Below, piece by piece: positions 12,703 through 25,937 of a stretch of DNA of 64,000 nt. The position numbers were made by a program, and so were the translations under genes. The notes under the pieces were generated by a model. It ran no database searches and was not told the origin of the DNA. It worked only from the letters and a program-made list of their open reading frames with translations. Every line of letters begins with the position of its first letter. The first letter of the stretch is position 1. The stretch comes from Phoronis australis (Eukaryota > Animalia > Phoronida), in contig NMRA01000009.1 in assembly GCA_002633005.1 (NCBI GenBank), positions 915,169 through 979,168 of the forward strand. The letters are read 5' to 3'.

Positions 12703-13675
12703 CGTTCTTGTAAAGCTCTTAATAATCTACGAAGAAAACGTAGTCTTGGTGACTGAAGTGCAGTGCTGGCAAGATGTTGGCTCTACGTCACAGGATCTCG
12801 TATCATAAGCATTTAGCATACATCGTACTAATTTTAAAGAATATTTAATATTTAATTTAGCTTTATTTTGTTTAAAATTTCACAAAAGGATTCGCAAGAG
12901 CCAAACCAAATCAATCGAAACACCTGTCTGAACAACGCTCTTCCAAAATGGCATCGAAGTGAACAGATTTCATGAAGAATTCCTCTTTATAATTTCTTGT
13001 CATCGCCATAAACTCATGGAGAAACCCTTACTGTGATTACACGTTTACTGACAACTTGTTACCGAAAACCGGCAGGTTTGAGAATTACTAGAAGTTATTG
13101 ATATTACTTTCATTCGGTTGAGGAAGATGGCATTTGGTGGTTCAAATGGCAACAAACATGAAGAGAGGATCTTTAAAAACACAAATGATAATCGGGGAGC
13201 AAATATAGGGACATGATATGTCTTACCACCGAAAAACGCATTTTTGGAATTATTGTTTTATTGGATAGAGTTCTTGGCGTTATCAGCTTTGACAAGTACT
13301 CTAAAACCACAAAATCGGTTGTGTTTCGTTATTTCATAACAAATTATCTGCCAGCCCGATTCGTTGAAATCAACACCAGTAACTGCACACTTAAACAGAA
13401 ATACTCTGCCATCTATCGAGTGCGGTTTAGCTCCGCCTGCTACGTGTTGGATTGCAACCGAGTTCGATCATATATTTAAAGCTATTCCGCGTAAGGGCTG
13501 ATCTCAGAAAACCAATGTTCTTGCCGACAATATCATTTAAACTGCAATTTCACTAAATATTATTTTATGGAAAAAATATTATCTACCACCCAATTCGTAG
13601 TCGCCAGCTCAAGTGCATGCGCACATTCGGGGGGACACTTTCATTCACTTGGTATTATCAGGAAGAGATAACCAG

Positions 13676-14076
13676 GGCCCGGTCTCTAATCTTTGTACTC
13701 GAAACGAACTCGAAACTATTTTTGGCAATTTCTCTGCTCCTTTTGTGCGAAATTAAGATAATTGGTTATCAGACTGTGTTCGAATACATTATCGTTTATG
13801 CATAGGAGTTTCTAGTTCAAGTTTGCCGTTGAAGACCCTTATATTCGTGCTACAAACTCGAGTAAAAACTCGAAATTTCGAGTTCAAACTCGAACTTATT
13901 GCTTTAAAATTGGGTTTACAAACTGTGAACTAAGGGCAATAAATTATCCACGTAAGTTATTGTGTACTCGAGCATAAAATAATAGACTCTTATCTTGAGT
14001 TCACCCAAAAGTAGAGTAGAAAATGCCAAACCTAATTTCGAGTTCCATTTCGAGTAAAAAGATTGGAGACCGGGCC
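13676..14076. mobile_element. PIF/Harbinger-like MITE with 3 bp CAG target-site duplication
   Basis: TIRs GGCCCGGTCTCTAATCTTTGTACTCGAAA ... TTTCGAGTAAAAAGATTGGAGACCGGGCC. CAG at 13673-75 and 14077-79. Multiple internal ACTCGA motifs. Confidence 0.8.
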
Positions 14077-14684
14077 CAGGAAGGGACAACTGTTTTAGCG
14101 CATTTTAACGTATTTTCAAAGGTGATTTCAAAAGTAAATGTTAAAGTAGTCTGAAATCCAAGCATTGTGTTTGAAAGCTTAACTCTTTAGCTATAAAATG
14201 ACACCACTTTTGTCCCCAAAGACTTCATATTAATGGCACTGGAATGCTTTGAACATGACTTGTTTTACCCTTCCAAAAGATGCCTCTTCCCAGGCATGTA
14301 CTCGGGCATGATCCTCTTTTTTGAACCAACAGATGTCACTAATATATGCAAATGAGGCTCGCATCGTCTACGTCATACGACGTCATACGGCGCGAGCTTC
14401 CAATTTGAACCCTCGAGTGCCTATAGTGAATGACTTGAAACGCAGTTCTATCTGATTGGGCAGATCTAAGAAAATTAAGAACTCATACAAGTCAATGTTC
14501 AAAGAACATTGATGGTTTCACATGAAAATACATTTAATTGTATTTGGATACGTTTGCATGTGTGTATGCGTGGACTTCGTCATTTTGCTTAAATCCAGAT
14601 TTAGAAGCAGGTGTTAGTCAAGAAATTAGCTGCTCCCGCCACGGTGGCCGGTGTCGTGGCGTCGCCGGGAAGTCTGATCCATGC

Positions 14685-14842
14685 ATGCGCAATTCGACGA
14701 ACTAATGCTAGTCGCTGGTCAGCTCTGCTATGATTCATGCGCAATTCGACGAACTAATGCTAGTCGCTGGTCAGCTCTGCTATGATTCATGCGCAATTCG
14801 ACGAGCTAATGCTAGTCGCTGGTCAGCTCCGCTATGATTCAT
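14685..14842. repeat. Tandem repeat, ~52 bp x 3
   Basis: CATGCGCAATTCGACGAACTAATGCTAGTCGCTGGTCAGCTCTGCTATGATT repeated. Confidence 0.9.
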
Positions 14843-16191
14843 TTGAGACGTGCGGCTTAACTCGAACCTATACCCGTGTTCTGGCTCCAAGGTCGTTTTT
14901 TGACCCAGTTTCGGGAAAAGTTCATTTTAATACGGTCATTTCCTGAAGATTTTTTGGAAAGATATGATCCCGAAATCCTTGGCCTATAGAGCTGTATCAA
15001 AATTCCTTGTTGAAACACGGCCACTGGTCCAGCTTCTGCAGGGCGGCTGGGAAAATGAACGCGTGTCCCAAAAAATGCACACACTTCAACCCCTCAGTGC
15101 AGTTCAAGTTCTTTTCCCGTCAATCACTGTGCGCGGATTCTACTGCATGACTACACCTTATTTTTAACGTGGGTGCGCCACTGAGTCACAACGTGTCCAG
15201 CCTTTGCAGTGTGCACGGGAATGGCAAGCAAACGATTCGGTCTAGAAGAACCTAAATTCATTGCACAATACTGGGAACTACAAGCATCAAGGAAGTGCAA
15301 AGACAATCTTTCCAAATTTATGAGCAATGACTTGAACTTCTTTTTTGATCTACGGTTTGTAAATTTTTGAATTTCATTAGTCTAGTTTTTAATTCAATAA
15401 AGCATTTAGAGCTGCCCCACATTCAAGAAATACCCCTGTTATCGTTTAGGGTCCTTCTTTGCGATATGGTGGTCTGATGATGGATCGAATTTTTGCCTTC
15501 AGGCTTCAACTAAGTTCAGTGACGCATCGCCATTTCTTACAAGACAGCTTCTGTGCTGTGCACGAATGTTTTGTGTTTTTGATGAATTTGGAATCTCAAC
15601 TTCCCCTCATGAGTAGTTGGTAGTGTCATGCCGGAGGTGTACAGAAGGCGCAGTACTGAAAAAAGTGAGGGCTAAAGCCCCCTCAGCCCCCCTGTAGTGC
15701 ACCGCCTATGGACCACTGGAAAACTTGGACTGAATTAATACGCTCCGAAAAACTTTTGCTTCACAAATTTTCTCGAATTTTCGAAATACATGTATGAATG
15801 ATTAAGTGCACATTTTCAAGGGCACTTAGACGACCTATGCTGCAAAAACGGAGACCCTAACAACAATTGTCCTGGCCAGGGCCCTCAAATGGTAAGCCAT
15901 ACACTGATACCGAGTTGTCAATGTTCTCTTGAATTTTCGCTCTGATCAGTATTCGAAGTCTTTCTTTTTTGTCTTTCCCCAGCCCCACACCTTTGTCGGT
16001 TGCCATGGTTTGACCCTGAGGCATGCAATTTTTTTGGGGTGGCACTCGCCCTCCCCCCGCTTACTAAGGTCCTGATGCAAGGAGTCCATCGTTGGTCCAA
16101 GGTCAATGTTGTGTTTCAACACGCATTCGTTGTATAGCTTGAACATTAAATTAAAGGTTTAAGAAATACAGTATCAGTTTTGCGCGTTTAA

Positions 16192-17486
16192 AGGCGAAGG
16201 CAACCTTTTTCATGTCATTTTTAGCAAAAATAATGTTCGTTGATTATCCCAGACATATTTTTCACTTATTTACTGCTTTTCGTAATTTAATTGATTACTC
16301 GTTGTCTACTCCGGAAGTGACGTTTTGGGAGGCAAGAATTTCGCGCCAATTTCTTTTCATATAGTCTGACTGAGAGCAGTCGAGTCAGTCATTGTTCTAC
16401 CTCGGTTGTGATAAGTTCGGTCGTCGTTTGCTTTTGCTTAGGAGTCAGTCAACATGCCACGCTGTTGCTGCGTACTGGGGTGTACTCATTATTGTCTCAC
16501 GTACAGAGTAAGAACTGTCCCACTTGCCTGAGTGTCCCGCGACACACTCCCACTGAAGAGTGATCTGAGCACCCAAGTTGCTTGCATCCCGCCGTGTGAC
16601 TCCCTCGCCACACACCTGGCACCTTCCAAATAGCTCCAATACAAGTCCACAATAAACTTATCAAACTTAGGCTCACCGATCTGTTCATTGGATGACGAAC
16701 TGTCCTCTTCACTGGGTGTCGAACTGGGCCTGTATTCACTCCCACTACTCAACATCGCTGCAGGACTGCTTACAGGCTCTGGGCTCAGAGACAACAGCAC
16801 AGGGCGAATCACTGCTAGTTTCCGAAATTGCACGCAATGGGGTACGTTCGGAGGCACGGGTGACAGCAGATGAAGTGCCTCCAGTCAGTGTATATAGTGG
16901 CCACAGCTCCCAAGGCTTCTCGCTTCAAAAACGCACTTCTCGGGGTTGGCGACGGGGCACTGCCGGGAATCGACAGCGACGGTATGGTACCCTTCTTAAG
17001 GCGTTGTTTTGCAGGGACCTTCATCAATTCAGCGTGCATATCTGTCATAATCTGACGGCAGACAATGCTTGCCACACACTCGGTAACCCTCCACTGCTTT
17101 GTACGTTGCGTGGACGGGTAACTCTGCGTTCTTCACATGAACGAGCTAGCCAAGTACGCGAAGTGTGTCATCCTTCGGAAAGCGACGCAAGGTACCCAAA
17201 GCGCGTGTGAGACGTGGCATGTTGACTGACTTGTAAACAAAAGCAAACGACGACCGAACTGATCACAACCGAGGTAGAACAATGACTCACTCGACAGCTC
17301 TCACAGTCAGACTATAATGAAAAGAAATTGGCGCGAAACTCTTGCCTCCCCAAACGTCACTTCCGGAGTAGATGACGAGAAATTAATCAAATTACGAAAA
17401 GTTGCAATTAAGTGAAAAATGTGTCTGGGATAATCAACGAACCTTATTTGTACTAAAAGTGACATGAAAAAAGGTTGCTTTCACCT
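16192..17486. mobile_element. Kolobok-type DNA transposon, internally deleted, with degenerate THAP/transposase remnants
   Basis: TTAA at 16188-91 and 17487-90, AGG...CCT termini, ~270 bp TIRs (16192-16461 and 17213-17486). The minus strand from ATG 17220 gives frameshifted THAP-like pieces (RRFPKDDTLR; RVCGKHC; RLKKGTIPSL) and CQVC...G..ITLQWECVAGHSGKWDS. The plus strand from ATG 16454 gives MPRCCCVLGC. Confidence 0.8.
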
Positions 17487-19314
17487 TTAATTGTGCGTGT
17501 AAAAGGGTTTATAGATTCGTACTGAATTTGTTGCTGCAACTTGTCTCATGGGCCTGTATCCGGCACGTGACCACAAATGTGGACACTAATTCGGCTATTG
17601 CGCAAGTCGACTGTAGCAAGGTGGCCAGTGAAAATGTAAGGCAGTGACAACTCGCATTTCTAGTCTCTTGTTATGAAAACCATTGAAGACAATTACCAGC
17701 ACCTGCAAACAAGAATTTTGAAGTATGGAGAATTTCAACAGGAGTTAGTTGTATACTTAGTCGCGAAGCTACCGACATTCCAGCCACAGTTACTGCCGGT
17801 CCTTTGAAGCAATTATAGCACATATATACGAATTTTTAAGAATGGCAAGGGTGCGTTTTGTGTTGACGGAAATGTCCATGGCGTCAAGGAATTTGAGGCA
17901 TTTAATGATGAACAACACCTAGCAAAACTAACTTCCAAGTATGCATACTGTGGCGGAATTAAGAAATACGATTATGGCAGTGCTAACTGTAGCAGAACCA
18001 CAAAGTGTGCTAAAATGGTAGAAAATTAGGCATAACATTTTTGTAGCCTGAGCAGATAAAAGGTTGATTGGCGCAAGAGAAGGCCGATGTCTTCAATGCT
18101 CAGAAAAATTTCGGCAGGCAAGAGACTTGCCAAGAAAACGACACAGTTGAGTCCGGGCATTCTAAAGGAAGAACTGCAGCCAATTCCAATTATTCGGTGC
18201 AACTTCTCTCACCCGACAGTGTTGTTTCACGATACCGCAACCTCAAACAGCGTCAAAAGAAACGAAACGCGGAGGATGAGATATTACAGAGTATTAATAT
18301 TTATTCTTGGATACAGGTGTCCACCTCAAAATTAATTTCCCACGGCCATTCTTTATGCCAATAGCAATGTTTTCGTCAACTGAAGAACAGGAATCATGAC
18401 ATCCCGCACGCTCCGTCTATGGTTCTGACACTTCAAACTTTTGTCAACACGACATGTAGCCGCAGAAAGTTTGATGTTGACCTCATTCTAATCTCTGCAA
18501 TCCACTGTCAGGGGACGAAAACAATTCAAAGTCCGCTCCTCGAAATAGGGCTTGCTTAGCTGGAATTCAGAACTGCGGTCATGAGAGTGTTTTCACCTCC
18601 TGATTGCGAAGCGATCGAGTGGTATCTTCATCAGCGCGTGCTCTCAGTGGGAGGTCACCGCTTTATCCACTCAAGCGCTCGACCAACAACTGACGAGAGT
18701 CTCAGAACTCCCACATGCAAATTTGATATGCAAATGAGGGAGTACTTGACTACTGCGCCATCTATACATCGACGGAAAAGCTTAAATACCCGTGACTGCG
18801 TGTGGGAAGTTGCGATTGAGTGCTCTGAAGTCGATATTTTTAAAGTACAATTACACCACTGTTTAAGGTTGCAAAGTGAGTTTTTTGATATCTTTCTATA
18901 GAAAAAGCTTTAATCTCTCTGATAAAATCATCTGTTTCCTTTTAAACGAAACTTAAGTCCTGAAATTAGACCGGGGAAGGAGGCCAAAAACGGTGGTTTA
19001 GCTAGTTGTCCCTTCGTGGTTATCTCTTCCTGGTATTATTGAGTATCTCTTGTATTGCTCTGTCCGCTTCCTCAGATCCGTGTCTCTACTTAAAACTCCA
19101 CGAAAAGAATTTTAACGCGAACCAGTTTAATCAAATAATGTTCTTTGGGCAAGACATGAATTGAAATAATTCAGAGATTAAGCGATTTTGTAATTTCTGG
19201 TAGTGCACAAGCAAAATGGCCGCCACAGTTAAATGACATTGAGTTTTACTTATAGACACCTCGCGGCTGATGAAACTTATTCTGTGTCAATCTAAATAAA
19301 TGACAGCAAAGGAG

Positions 19315-19700
19315 ATAGTATTGCAAAATGTGGGTAGATTTCGTGAGAGAGAGTATTGTAAAATGGAGGTAGATTTCGTGAGAGAGAGTTTTGTAAAATG
19401 GAGGTAGATTTCGTGAGAGAGAGTATTGTAAAATGGAGGTAGATTTCGTGAGAGAGAGAGAGAATTGTAAAATGGAGGTAGATTTCGTGAGAGAGAGAGC
19501 ATTGTAAAATGGAGGTAGATTTCGTGAGAGAGAGTATTGTAAAATGGAGGTAGATTTCGTGAGAGAGAGTACTGTAAAATGGAGGTAGATTTCGTGAGAG
19601 AGAGTATTGTAAAATGGAGGTAGATTTCGTGAGAGAGAGTATTGTAAAATGGGGGTAGATTTCGTGAGAGAGAGTACTGGAAAATGGCGGTAGATTTCGT
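19315..19700. repeat. Minisatellite, 35 bp x ~10
   Basis: GTAGATTTCGTGAGAGAGAGTATTGTAAAATGGAG units with variable (GA)n. Confidence 0.92.
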
Positions 19701-20157
19701 TTTGATTTCGTGAAAAATCTGACGGTTGGTACATGTTTTGACCACTGGAAGCATTCTCAGTGAGATTAACTATTTTACGATTGTAATGAAGCAATAAGTA
19801 ATTTGTAAAAGCCAATTCCAAAGAATTAAGGCAGCAGAATGTTGATCTGTTCAAGAGTGACAATGGTCTATTATAACGTCATGGTGACGTCAAAGTTTAA
19901 AACGTTTCACGAAATATACAGTTGTTGATTAAGATGAACGACTTGTAGGACGATACGGTGAGACAACGTCGATCATGCTGGGAAGTGGAAGTATGAGATA
20001 AAATAAAATAAAATACAAATAGGGTAAGTCTTTCAGAGATACACAATCACATATTCATTTTACCCCCTTTCTCGAGTTATTATCAGTTTTATAATCGAGA
20101 GCTCAGCTGCTTACTAAGAAAAAAAATGATTAACGATTTTCGTGAAAGAAGGGAATG

Positions 20158-20266
20158 AACAATGCGTCCCTACCAACAATGCGTCCCTACCAACAATGCG
20201 TCCCTACCAACAATGCGTCCCTACCAACAATGCGTCCCTACCAACAGTGCGCCCCTACCAACAGTG
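20158..20266. repeat. Minisatellite, 17 bp x 6, upstream of the BRI3-like gene
   Basis: AATGCGTCCCTACCAAC repeated. Confidence 0.92.
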
Positions 20267-20559
20267 CGATTCTTTGCCGAAGAACACTTTCTACGTCATT
20301 CTCTCGGATAAGGATTCGTTCATACCATGTTCTAAACTGTTAAAAGCATGCACAACTGGGTCTTGTGAAAGACTAGGTTGTTTTGGACTGACTGAAATTA
20401 GATCCTGGCCATCTTTTACATGTAGGCCTACCTGTCAGAACTAGTGCACAACACAGCAGAACCTGAACGCCACGCGGCAGAACCGTGAAAACGAGGCAGC
20501 AGAAACTGCGGGACGCTACAAAGCAGAACCATAGCGTCACGTAGTCTTCGCTCGCAATA

Positions 20560-23432
20560 ATGCCAAAGGAGAACCAGAAATCTACAGAACAGCCTGTTAT
20601 GGGCCAACCTCCGCCTGGACCTCCACCACGTAAGCTGCTAGTTCTTGCGCGCTGCTGCAGTATAGGCCTAGTCTTTGCGAAGGTCACTGACCTACATTAA
20701 TTTATAGTGTCGAGATATTCCCATCTTAGACAGGATGCCCAATGTCATGAACAATTCTGATCCCTGGTTACAAAAGGGGCGACCCTCGCAATGCACAAGC
20801 ACCACTATCCTAAGTAGACCTAGTTGGTTCACCTGCAAGTAATCCTGCTCCAACTGAGCCCCCGGAACAGTGGACTTGGTAATCCTCATCGGTAAATTGC
20901 CAACCGATAGTTATTGCCTGGAGCTAAAGACTAGTGCACGTGTACTAAAATCCATAAAGCTCAAGAAGCTCATATTTAGTACATGTCAACAAATTTTGTC
21001 AATTTTTGACGACCTTCTTGTAATTTGGAATTAAAATCCTATTATTAATGCAATTAAGTTACTTGGCCACATGTTCTATGCATAATCGTCCGTTTACAAC
21101 CACCTTTTTGCTTTCAATTTTTTTAGCCAAGTGACTTGTAATTTCGATATTAAAGAGGAACTTCCACGCTAATTTCTCATCTCTGTGATCTGGTGATTGT
21201 CGCTTAGTCAAATTAGTTAGAAACACAACATATAGCGACGATGTGAATATGAAGTAAGTTGAAAACTGCAAAATGTTTTTAAGAACGAGTTTTGTGTCGA
21301 CATGATCCGCCGTAAATCACTCAACCGTGTCCTGTAAGTATCGTGATGGGAAGAAAACTGCATGAGTGCGGGCTACGTGAGCCCCCAGGTACGGAATGCA
21401 AATGTCACCTATTTGCATAATTTTTTGCTTTCACATTTACAAGTTGTCAGTGAATACATTTGCACTTTGTTTAGCGTACATGATGTTCAAATAGCATTGT
21501 CGTTTAGTTCCTGCTGTAAATTAGCATAGTTACGAGCATTTTTAAAAATACATCTGTAAGGACAAAAATGGAAGAGATGATAATTGCAGTGTTGGCAATG
21601 TTCTTATATCTAATCAATTATTCACATGTAACACTTTCCATGCATAGTTGTTCAGTGTGCTTTATCAGTATTATCATAGATTATAGACATAGTCTATGGT
21701 ATTATCAATCAAAAGATCATATCTTAATTTCCACATTGATACACAATTCGACCGTCGCGATTTCTGAACCCGCATATAGAGTATGAAATAGGTTCAGCGT
21801 AGCGTTTTGCCGTGACTCATGTGAGTTAGCAGCCTCGTGCCTAAGTCCTCCTTACGACTGGGCATACCACTTTGATAACAACTTCCCAAGGAGAGAGTCA
21901 TTTGATGAAACTATGAATGAAACTTATTTCAGCAATGAAGTAGCTCGTCATATTTCCAGCCCATTTCTCTGGTGTTCCCTATCCTGTGGTGCACGTGTAT
22001 ATGGACAATGCTGGCCAGATGTCGACTCAAGAAGGCGTCCTCATCGGCAACCTTTGTCCTTACTGCAGGGTCAGTCAACATTCTTACCGATTGCCCTTCA
22101 TGAGCTACTACACAAGGAGAATGACTGGAGACATGGTTTTGTGTTGCTTTTAGTGTATTTTGCGTTTTGTTTATCGCCGAGTATGAGAGAAATGTCTGAG
22201 GGATGAAAACAATATCATCTGCAGCCAACATTCGGCCAGTTTTGTGCTCGCAGTCGTTAGACAGGCCCGTTCTGGCCACTGAAGAAACTGGCTTGAGAGT
22301 CCATTAGAATTTTTGACTGAAGATATGTCTCAACTTCCATTTGAAACGTCCGTTAATTTAGTCAAAATTAAAACAAAGCTCAAGTCAAAAAACTTTAAGT
22401 CAAACTTAAGATATCTTTCTTGAAACGAATTTGAAACATATTTAAGTTTTATCTCAAATTGGCTGAAATTTAAGATTTGTTTAACTAAGTCAATTTTTTG
22501 GAACGGCCCCCACAGATTTCCATAGTACGATCCACATCAAGAATATTACGTAATCGCACATGTCTGCCGCAATCTTGTCAGGTCGCTTGCTACAAAAATT
22601 AAAAAGTTTTTCTAACGCCATGTTCTGTTGATTTAGGAGACAGAATATCATTTTGCACGTCTATGTGTTTCTGGTTCCAAAATTTTGCATAAACCCAGTC
22701 ACTAGCTCAAAATATTGGTATGTTTCATGACGAAGTGAGCACTGAGAACTATCCGGGCGGTGTGAAATTTTGTGGTCTATTTAAAATTTACACGCGTCGA
22801 TCTCTTGCTGTATATTGACGCTATTCTTCACAGTTCAGTGGCTGGCCGAGACCGCGTCTAGTGTAGATTTCAGTTTTAGGGTTGGCCAACCCAATCAAAC
22901 TTTGAAAATTTTCTTGAGTCACTAGTTCCGATGTTCCTGTTGCCTTAGAAACGAAAATAGAACCTCATCACGGTGAGGAATATCGAGAAAGATTTTACTG
23001 GGAATAAAAGGCTCAAATCGAGTCTAGTTTTAGCCAGCTACGGGCGAAATGCTGCTTCAAAGTTTCGTTGCTTTGACGGATTTCCCAGTAAATCACTTAA
23101 TAAAAAAATCTAATTTTTTCTGTAAAAAAGTTATAAAATCAAACTTAGAAACCTACCTACGATTTGAAACATTGCATCATTCGATCACCACACGACTTAA
23201 ACGCAACCTTTTTCATGTAAGTTTCTTTAGCGGTAATTCGTAGGGCACCCCATTGTTACATCATGTAGACCTTACGCCTGTTTACCCTGTGTTGCAGGAG
23301 GGTGTTATGAACACAGAGTTCACCATGACAGGTCTACTACTGGCGGTCTTCTTCTTCCCCGTCGGTATTGTATGCTGTGTACTGATGAGAGAGAGGAGGT
23401 GCAGTCGATGTCGGGCTATGATGCCCATATAA
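20560..23432 (+). CDS. BRI3-like (brain protein I3 family) small membrane protein, ~104 aa; exons 20560-20629, 21960-22069, 23298-23432
   Basis: GT-AG joins with matching phases (1, 0) give MPKENQKSTEQPVMGQPPPGPPPPHFSGVPYPVVHVYMDNAGQMSTQEGVLIGNLCPYCREGVMNTEFTMTGLLLAVFFFPVGIVCCVLMRERRCSRCRAMMPI*. Pro-rich N-terminus, CPxC, hydrophobic FFPxGIxCC and a terminal CxxC as in BRI3. Absent from the ORF track. Confidence 0.85.
21170..21520. repeat. Dispersed repeat; second same-orientation copy at ~51908-52246
   Basis: Shared CTCATCTCTGTGAT...AAATTAGTTAGAAA(C/T)ACAACATA...GATGTGAATATGAAGTA...TCACCTATTTGCA...AAATAGCATTGT(C/T)GTTTAGTTCCTGCT. Confidence 0.75.
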
Positions 23433-23544
23433 ACCAAGAAGTTGACCAACAGGAAACATTCCAACATTAGAAAATTATATTTAATCATCATTGTCATTGT
23501 TACAATAAAAGAAGCACGATTTTTACAAGTCAAGATAATATGCC

Positions 23545-24055
23545 GCAACCACGTGGTACAATATGCAAACACGCAAGGTGCAATATGCAACCAAGTAGGT
23601 ACAATAGGCAACCACATAGCCGGGTACAACACGCAACTACATAGGTACAATATGCAACCAGGTAGGTACCATATGCAACTACCTACTAAATACAATATGC
23701 AACCACGTAGGTACAATATGCAGCCACGTAGGTACAATATGCAACCAGGTAGGTACAATATGCAACTACGTAGGTACAATACGCAACTACGTAGGTACAA
23801 TATGCAACCAGGTAGGTACAATATGCAACTGCGTAGGTACAATATGCAACTGCGTAGGTACAATATGCAACCAGGTAGGTACAATATGCAACCACGTAGG
23901 TACAATATGCAACCAGGTAGGTACAATATGCAACCACGTAGGTACAATATGCAACCAGGTAGGTACAATATGCAATCAGGTAGGTACAATATGAAACCAC
24001 GTAGGTACAATATGCAACTACATAGGCACAATATGCAACTACGTATGTACAATAG
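23545..24055. repeat. Minisatellite, 21 bp x ~23, downstream of the BRI3-like stop
   Basis: AGGTACAATATGCAAC(C/T)A(C/G)GT units. It explains the repetitive ORFs at 23282-24090. Confidence 0.93.
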
Positions 24056-25937
24056 AACCTCATCAACTTAGGACACAATATAGCCGACAAGCAAAATTTT
24101 ATTCATTTTTTCATAAAAATAAGTAGCAGCAAAGACATACTTCACTTTCAAGTTCTACAGAATGATTAGTACTATCAGACAATGTTTTATAAATTGTATG
24201 CAATCACAATGCAAGTCTTTTGAAATATTAAGTCAGTTTTATGAATAATTTTTGTCTGAAATTGGTGTGATTTTTTACGGTATAGATGGCCCTATTTGGT
24301 AGCACAAACAGCAATGAAAAAATATGGGATACAACTTGCAAAGAATCTATCACCAAAAATATGACAATTTATTCTGAAACAGTTTTCGTAAACAAACAGG
24401 AATAACCTAAGACCACATGCTTAGATGTACTGTAAGCTGATTAGACATAAGTCAAACTCCAATAATTACTCACTCTTAAAGCAACAGCATCTCATTAAAT
24501 ACATTTACAATAATATGTAAATCAACATTTGGTTACAAATGATCCATGAACTTTCAGTGTCTGGGTATTGATTGAGCCAGCTAGGTCAAACAGTGTCTGG
24601 GTATTTACGGAGCCAGCTATGTCAAACACTGTAAACCACCATGAAAATTTCAAGAATGCCATGCAGTGTCAGTATGTTTTTTTAAATATTTGTACTCTCG
24701 GTTTTGCAAACATCTCGACATCCAAATGAAATCTTGTTAACATGTGAAAGCTGTCATAAGTTCACATAGAGAACATGAATCAAACGTCTGAATAGACAAC
24801 ACTGCAGCTGTGCTTTCAACCCATTTAGCATACAGTGCTGTTTGTAGGTGAATCATTTTTCAGTTTTGAAACAGTTCCCCATGAAGTCACACAATCCATC
24901 AGAGGTAGGTGATTTCTGCTTTAAACAAGCAAACAAACAAAACTGACACCATACACAACAAAACAGAAAGGAAACTAAACCTGCATACCTCTGGGAATTT
25001 CTTGTGAACTGCAGCATATTCGACTGAATTTAATTTTTCTTTCCATTAATTAAATCATTGTTTTTTCTCTCACACCACTATTTCTATCTGTCCCATAAGC
25101 ACAATTTCTTTACTTGTATCATTCAACACTATGAGGTACAACATAACGTTCATTTCTTGACTTCTGGTCTTCCCCCAAGTTGATTTACTCTAGGTTACTG
25201 ATCACAAAACTTAACTACATAACAGTTCAAATGACTTTTTGCATGATCACCAGCCATGAGGAAGCACACATCATTTTCATAATAAATGACTGCAAATAAA
25301 TTTTTCTGGAATTGTGCCCATAGTACAGGAATTGCAGTTTAAGAGAAAATTGCAGTTTACAAGCAGGGAATAGTGATCACAAGGCAACATAATAAAATTC
25401 CATGGAAAGAGAACGGAGTTCACACAACATATAAAATTCCATGGAAAGGGAACTGTGTTCATAGTAAACGATACACTTCATTGGAAAGTCCCCAAGTGTA
25501 AATGTTCCAAATCTTCAATAAAAAATCCAAAAACAAACCTGCACATCAGTGTATTTTACGCAAAGCTGTCATCAATTAAGAAGAAAAATAATAGTAATAG
25601 ATAAATGTGATAACCCTAGCTGAACAAAGTATGCAGATGCAGATAGAGTCTTGAAGTTGGACATTTTCAACAAGCCGACATTATTTCTTTGCAAAAATCT
25701 TGAACTGTAATTGAGTTTTTCCGTATTCACAATGCAAGAGCTGCATACGATTTGAAATAAAATATAGTATTTTGATAACAACAATTGACCCATCACAGAA
25801 GTGCTTAATTTTTTCTTATTTTTGGCAAGTCACGTTGTACCAGACATGCACAGACCAGTTAGGTGAGCCCATTGCACTGATCACCTGGAACAATTTTTAT
25901 GCTGTATCAATATACAGGTAACTAACTCTGGTCTTGA

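Larger units (their letters stand above)
13658..19033. mobile_element. Putative ~5.4 kb TA-flanked DNA transposon relic hosting nested insertions
   Basis: After removing the MITE at 13676-14076, the left end reads TA|TCAGGAAGAGATAACCAGGAAGGGACAACT. The right end AGTTGTCCCTTCGTGGTTATCTCTTCCTGG|TA (19004-19035) is its reverse complement. No intact transposase recognised. Confidence 0.6.

Noticed and set aside
16692-17210. 172 aa plus-strand ORF
   Set aside because: Antisense to the degenerate THAP/transposase remnant within the Kolobok element; no recognisable motifs.
19246-19863. 205 aa and 155 aa ORFs
   Set aside because: Translation of the 35 bp minisatellite.
21921-21959. Upstream acceptor (TTTCAG ending 21932) for BRI3-like exon 2
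   Set aside because: Gives an immediate in-frame TAG in the required phase.
23282-24090. Long repetitive ORFs on both strands (GCILYLR / RYNMQPG repeats)
   Set aside because: By-product of a stop-poor 21 bp minisatellite open in several frames; no splice or domain support.
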